Positions 61,466 to 64,000 of a DNA stretch of 64,000 bases are shown here, in pieces. The position numbers and the translations under genes are program-made. The stretch comes from Raja brachyura (lineage: Eukaryota), in assembly GCA_963514005.1 (NCBI GenBank), contig OY740807.1, positions 29,264,001-29,328,000 on the forward strand, given 5' to 3'. The notes under the pieces were generated by a model. The model was not told where the DNA came from. It worked only from the letters and a program-made list of their open reading frames with translations, and ran no database searches. Position 1 is the stretch's first letter; the number at the start of each line of letters is the position of its first letter.

Positions 61466-63862
61466 AATTTATTCATTCCTTCTCTCCAGAGATGTTGCCT
61501 TTCCCGCCGAGTTACTGCAGCTTTTTGTGTCTATCTTCGGTTTAAACCAGCATCTGCAGTTCCTTCTTACGCAGTTCGATATAGACCATGTACAGAAATG
61601 GGTGAAGAAATGGCAGGTGGAATCCAATCCAAGTAAGTGTGACGTGTTGCACTTTGGGAGATCAAATGTAAGGGGAAAGGTTAATGGACAGTTAAAGGCA
61701 AGATCCTTAAAAGCATTGATGCACAGAGGGATTGTGAAGCCAAAGTCTGTAGCCTCTTGAAAGTGGCAACACAAGTTGATAGAGTGGATAAAAAGGGATA
61801 TGGTATGTAGGCCATAATCAATTAGGGCATTAATTATAAGTCATTGAGACACGCTATAGCTCCATAAGACTTTAGTCATGCGCATTTGATGTATTGCAGT
61901 TCCGGTCGCCCAATTACAGGAAAGATATGGAGGCTTTCTCCATCATCTCTCGCAGATGAGTGCCATCCACGTGCAGGTTTTGAAGAGGGTGCAGAATAAT
62001 GACCAGAATGACTCATGGATTAGGGGACATTAGCTATAAAGAGAGAAAGGATAAACTTGGGTTGTTTTTCTTTCTCAGAGGCTGAAAGGAAACCGGATAG
62101 AGATGTATCAAATTATGAGAGATACAGACAGAGTAAACCAGTGATTCCCAAAGTTTTGATAACTGTGTACCCTTCGTAAATTGTCATCAGCATCTTGTAC
62201 CCCTCATTAAAAACAATCATATTTCATTTTAAAAGGTAATACTAACCTATTCCCCTTCATTTTAACTAGCATCACACTCGCGATGTTATCAAATAACTGA
62301 GCACTTTTATTGATGTCTACTTAACCGTCTTAACTAAAACATTTACCCATAACCATATGATTATTCTTTTTTAGTCACTAACGCACATGAAGTGCTAACC
62401 ATTCGGGCATCTGAATGAGCTAGATAGGGCTCTTAAAGAGTCAGGGGATATGGGGAGAAGGCAGGAACGGAGTACTGATTGGGGATTATCAGCCATGATC
62501 ACATTGAATGGCGGTGCTGGCTCGAAGGGCCAAATGGCCTACTCCTGCACCTGTTGTCTATTTTGCAGAATATATGGGCAATTTATAAATAACATGTACA
62601 GTTTATGTTTTTGCATGTTGTCTGAGTCTATGTACTTATGCTGCTGCAAGTACCTCATTATACTTGCGTGCATAAACTCAACTTGATTTGAAATGAAATG
62701 GGAGGAACTGCAAGAGTGGATGGTGGGTTGGTGCACAGTGGGTAGGGTGAAATAAACTATATTGGGAAATGCTTAAGAAAGAACTGCAAATGCTGGAAAA
62801 AATTGAAGGTAGACAAAAATGCTGGAAAACTCAGCGGGTGAGGCAGCATCTATGGAGCGAAGGAATAGGTGACGTTTTGGATCGAGACCCTTCTTCACTC
62901 GCTCCATATATGCTACCTCAACTGCTGAGTTTCTCCGACATTGAGAAATGCGCTACATGTGGTCATTGCAACTATATTACCCATTGATTTTGGTAGGACT
63001 AGGACTTCATGTGCAGGAGGAAGGGTGATCATATAGAGGTATAAGATCATGAGGGGAATAGATAGGATAAATGCAGTCTTTGACCCAGAGTAGGGGAATC
63101 AAGAACCAGAGGATTTTGTTTTAAGGTGAGGTGGGGTAGAGTTAATAGGAACCTATGGGGCAACTTTTTTTTTTACACAAAAGGTGGCAGGTCTATAGAA
63201 TGAGCAGCCAGGGGAAGTAGTTGACGCGGGTATTATCACAACGTTTAAAAAAACATCTGGACAGGTACATAGATAGGTTTAGAAGAATATGGACACATAC
63301 AGTACAGGCAGGTAGGACTAGAGTGTGTTGGGCCAAGAGCCTGTTTTCACGCTGTGTAACTTTAAGATAGTCCACTGTGATCCCAAGGGCAGATATGGAT
63401 ATAATATGACAGTCCTTCTAGTAATGCCAACATTCCTAAAATTGTTCTTACAAAATTCTTTGCACCACAGCTGCTAGAACAAAAGTGCATTCAAGTACAG
63501 AGGACCAAAACAATTTAATATAAATGCAAAAGTATTGAGGGGGTTGGGGTGGTTGAGGGAAGCATTTTCTAATCTCTTACCTCAATGGAGATGTAATTTT
63601 TTTCTGTATCGTATCTCCATTCGGCCTAACATCGAGGAGTTGGCGGCCTTTGCTGGGGACTGGCTTTTGAGAACTTCACCACGGGAAGCCTACGGGACTT
63701 TAACATCACAGGGCCCGCGATCCCTTTGCCAGGGATCGACCTCGGACCTCCAACCGTGGGTGCTTGCGGACTTAGCATCACAGAGCTCGCAGTCTCTGGT
63801 CAGAGACCGACTTCGGGAACTCCAAGCCACAGGAGCTTTGAATGCCCCGACGCGGGAGTTTT

Positions 63863-63956
63863 GATCGCCCCGACGCAGGAGCTTCGACTGCCAGCTGCGG
63901 GAGGTTCGATCGCCCCGACACATGAGCTTCGACTGCCAGCTGCGGGAGGTTCGATC
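63863..63956 (+). repeat. ~45-bp tandem duplication gatcgccccgacNcaNgagcttcgactgccagctgcgggaggttc x2
   Basis: Directly visible; lies inside a GC-rich repeat. Confidence 0.85.
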
Positions 63957-64000
63957 TCACTGATGGCGGGAGAATAAAGAAGATTGGACCTTTTTGCCTT

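Overview
This is eukaryotic (vertebrate) genomic DNA. The repeat content (V-SINE/HE1-type SINEs, CR1, Rex1, palindromic Penelope-derived elements) points to a cartilaginous fish, probably a skate or ray; this is an inference. The window holds two convergently transcribed paralogous animal heme peroxidase genes (MPO/EPX/LPO/TPO family). Gene A (+ strand, 777-20961, 5' exons outside the window) has 9 reconstructed coding exons. Gene B (- strand, 47294-24489) has 14 coding exons, is about 793 aa and starts with a signal peptide. All junctions are GT-AG and phase-consistent. Both proteins carry a TPO-type Sushi/CCP domain but no visible EGF or transmembrane exon, and both have an MPO-type intron inside the catalytic region. 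Gene A lacks the heme-esterifying Asp (WITHD instead of xxDHD) and appears to end in an acidic tail with a DGSGD glycosaminoglycan-attachment-like motif. Neither gene has the MPO sulfonium Met. Introns and flanks are rich in transposable elements: palindromic elements carrying minimal hammerhead-ribozyme-like motifs, an inverted pair of ~1.03-kb DNA elements with 7-bp TSDs that brackets four gene B exons, nested Harbinger-type MITEs, and a fixed-length ~135-bp retroposon. No CRISPR arrays or prokaryotic features were seen. Most listed ORFs are spurious or derived from transposable elements. Repeat boundaries without a stated TSD are approximate.
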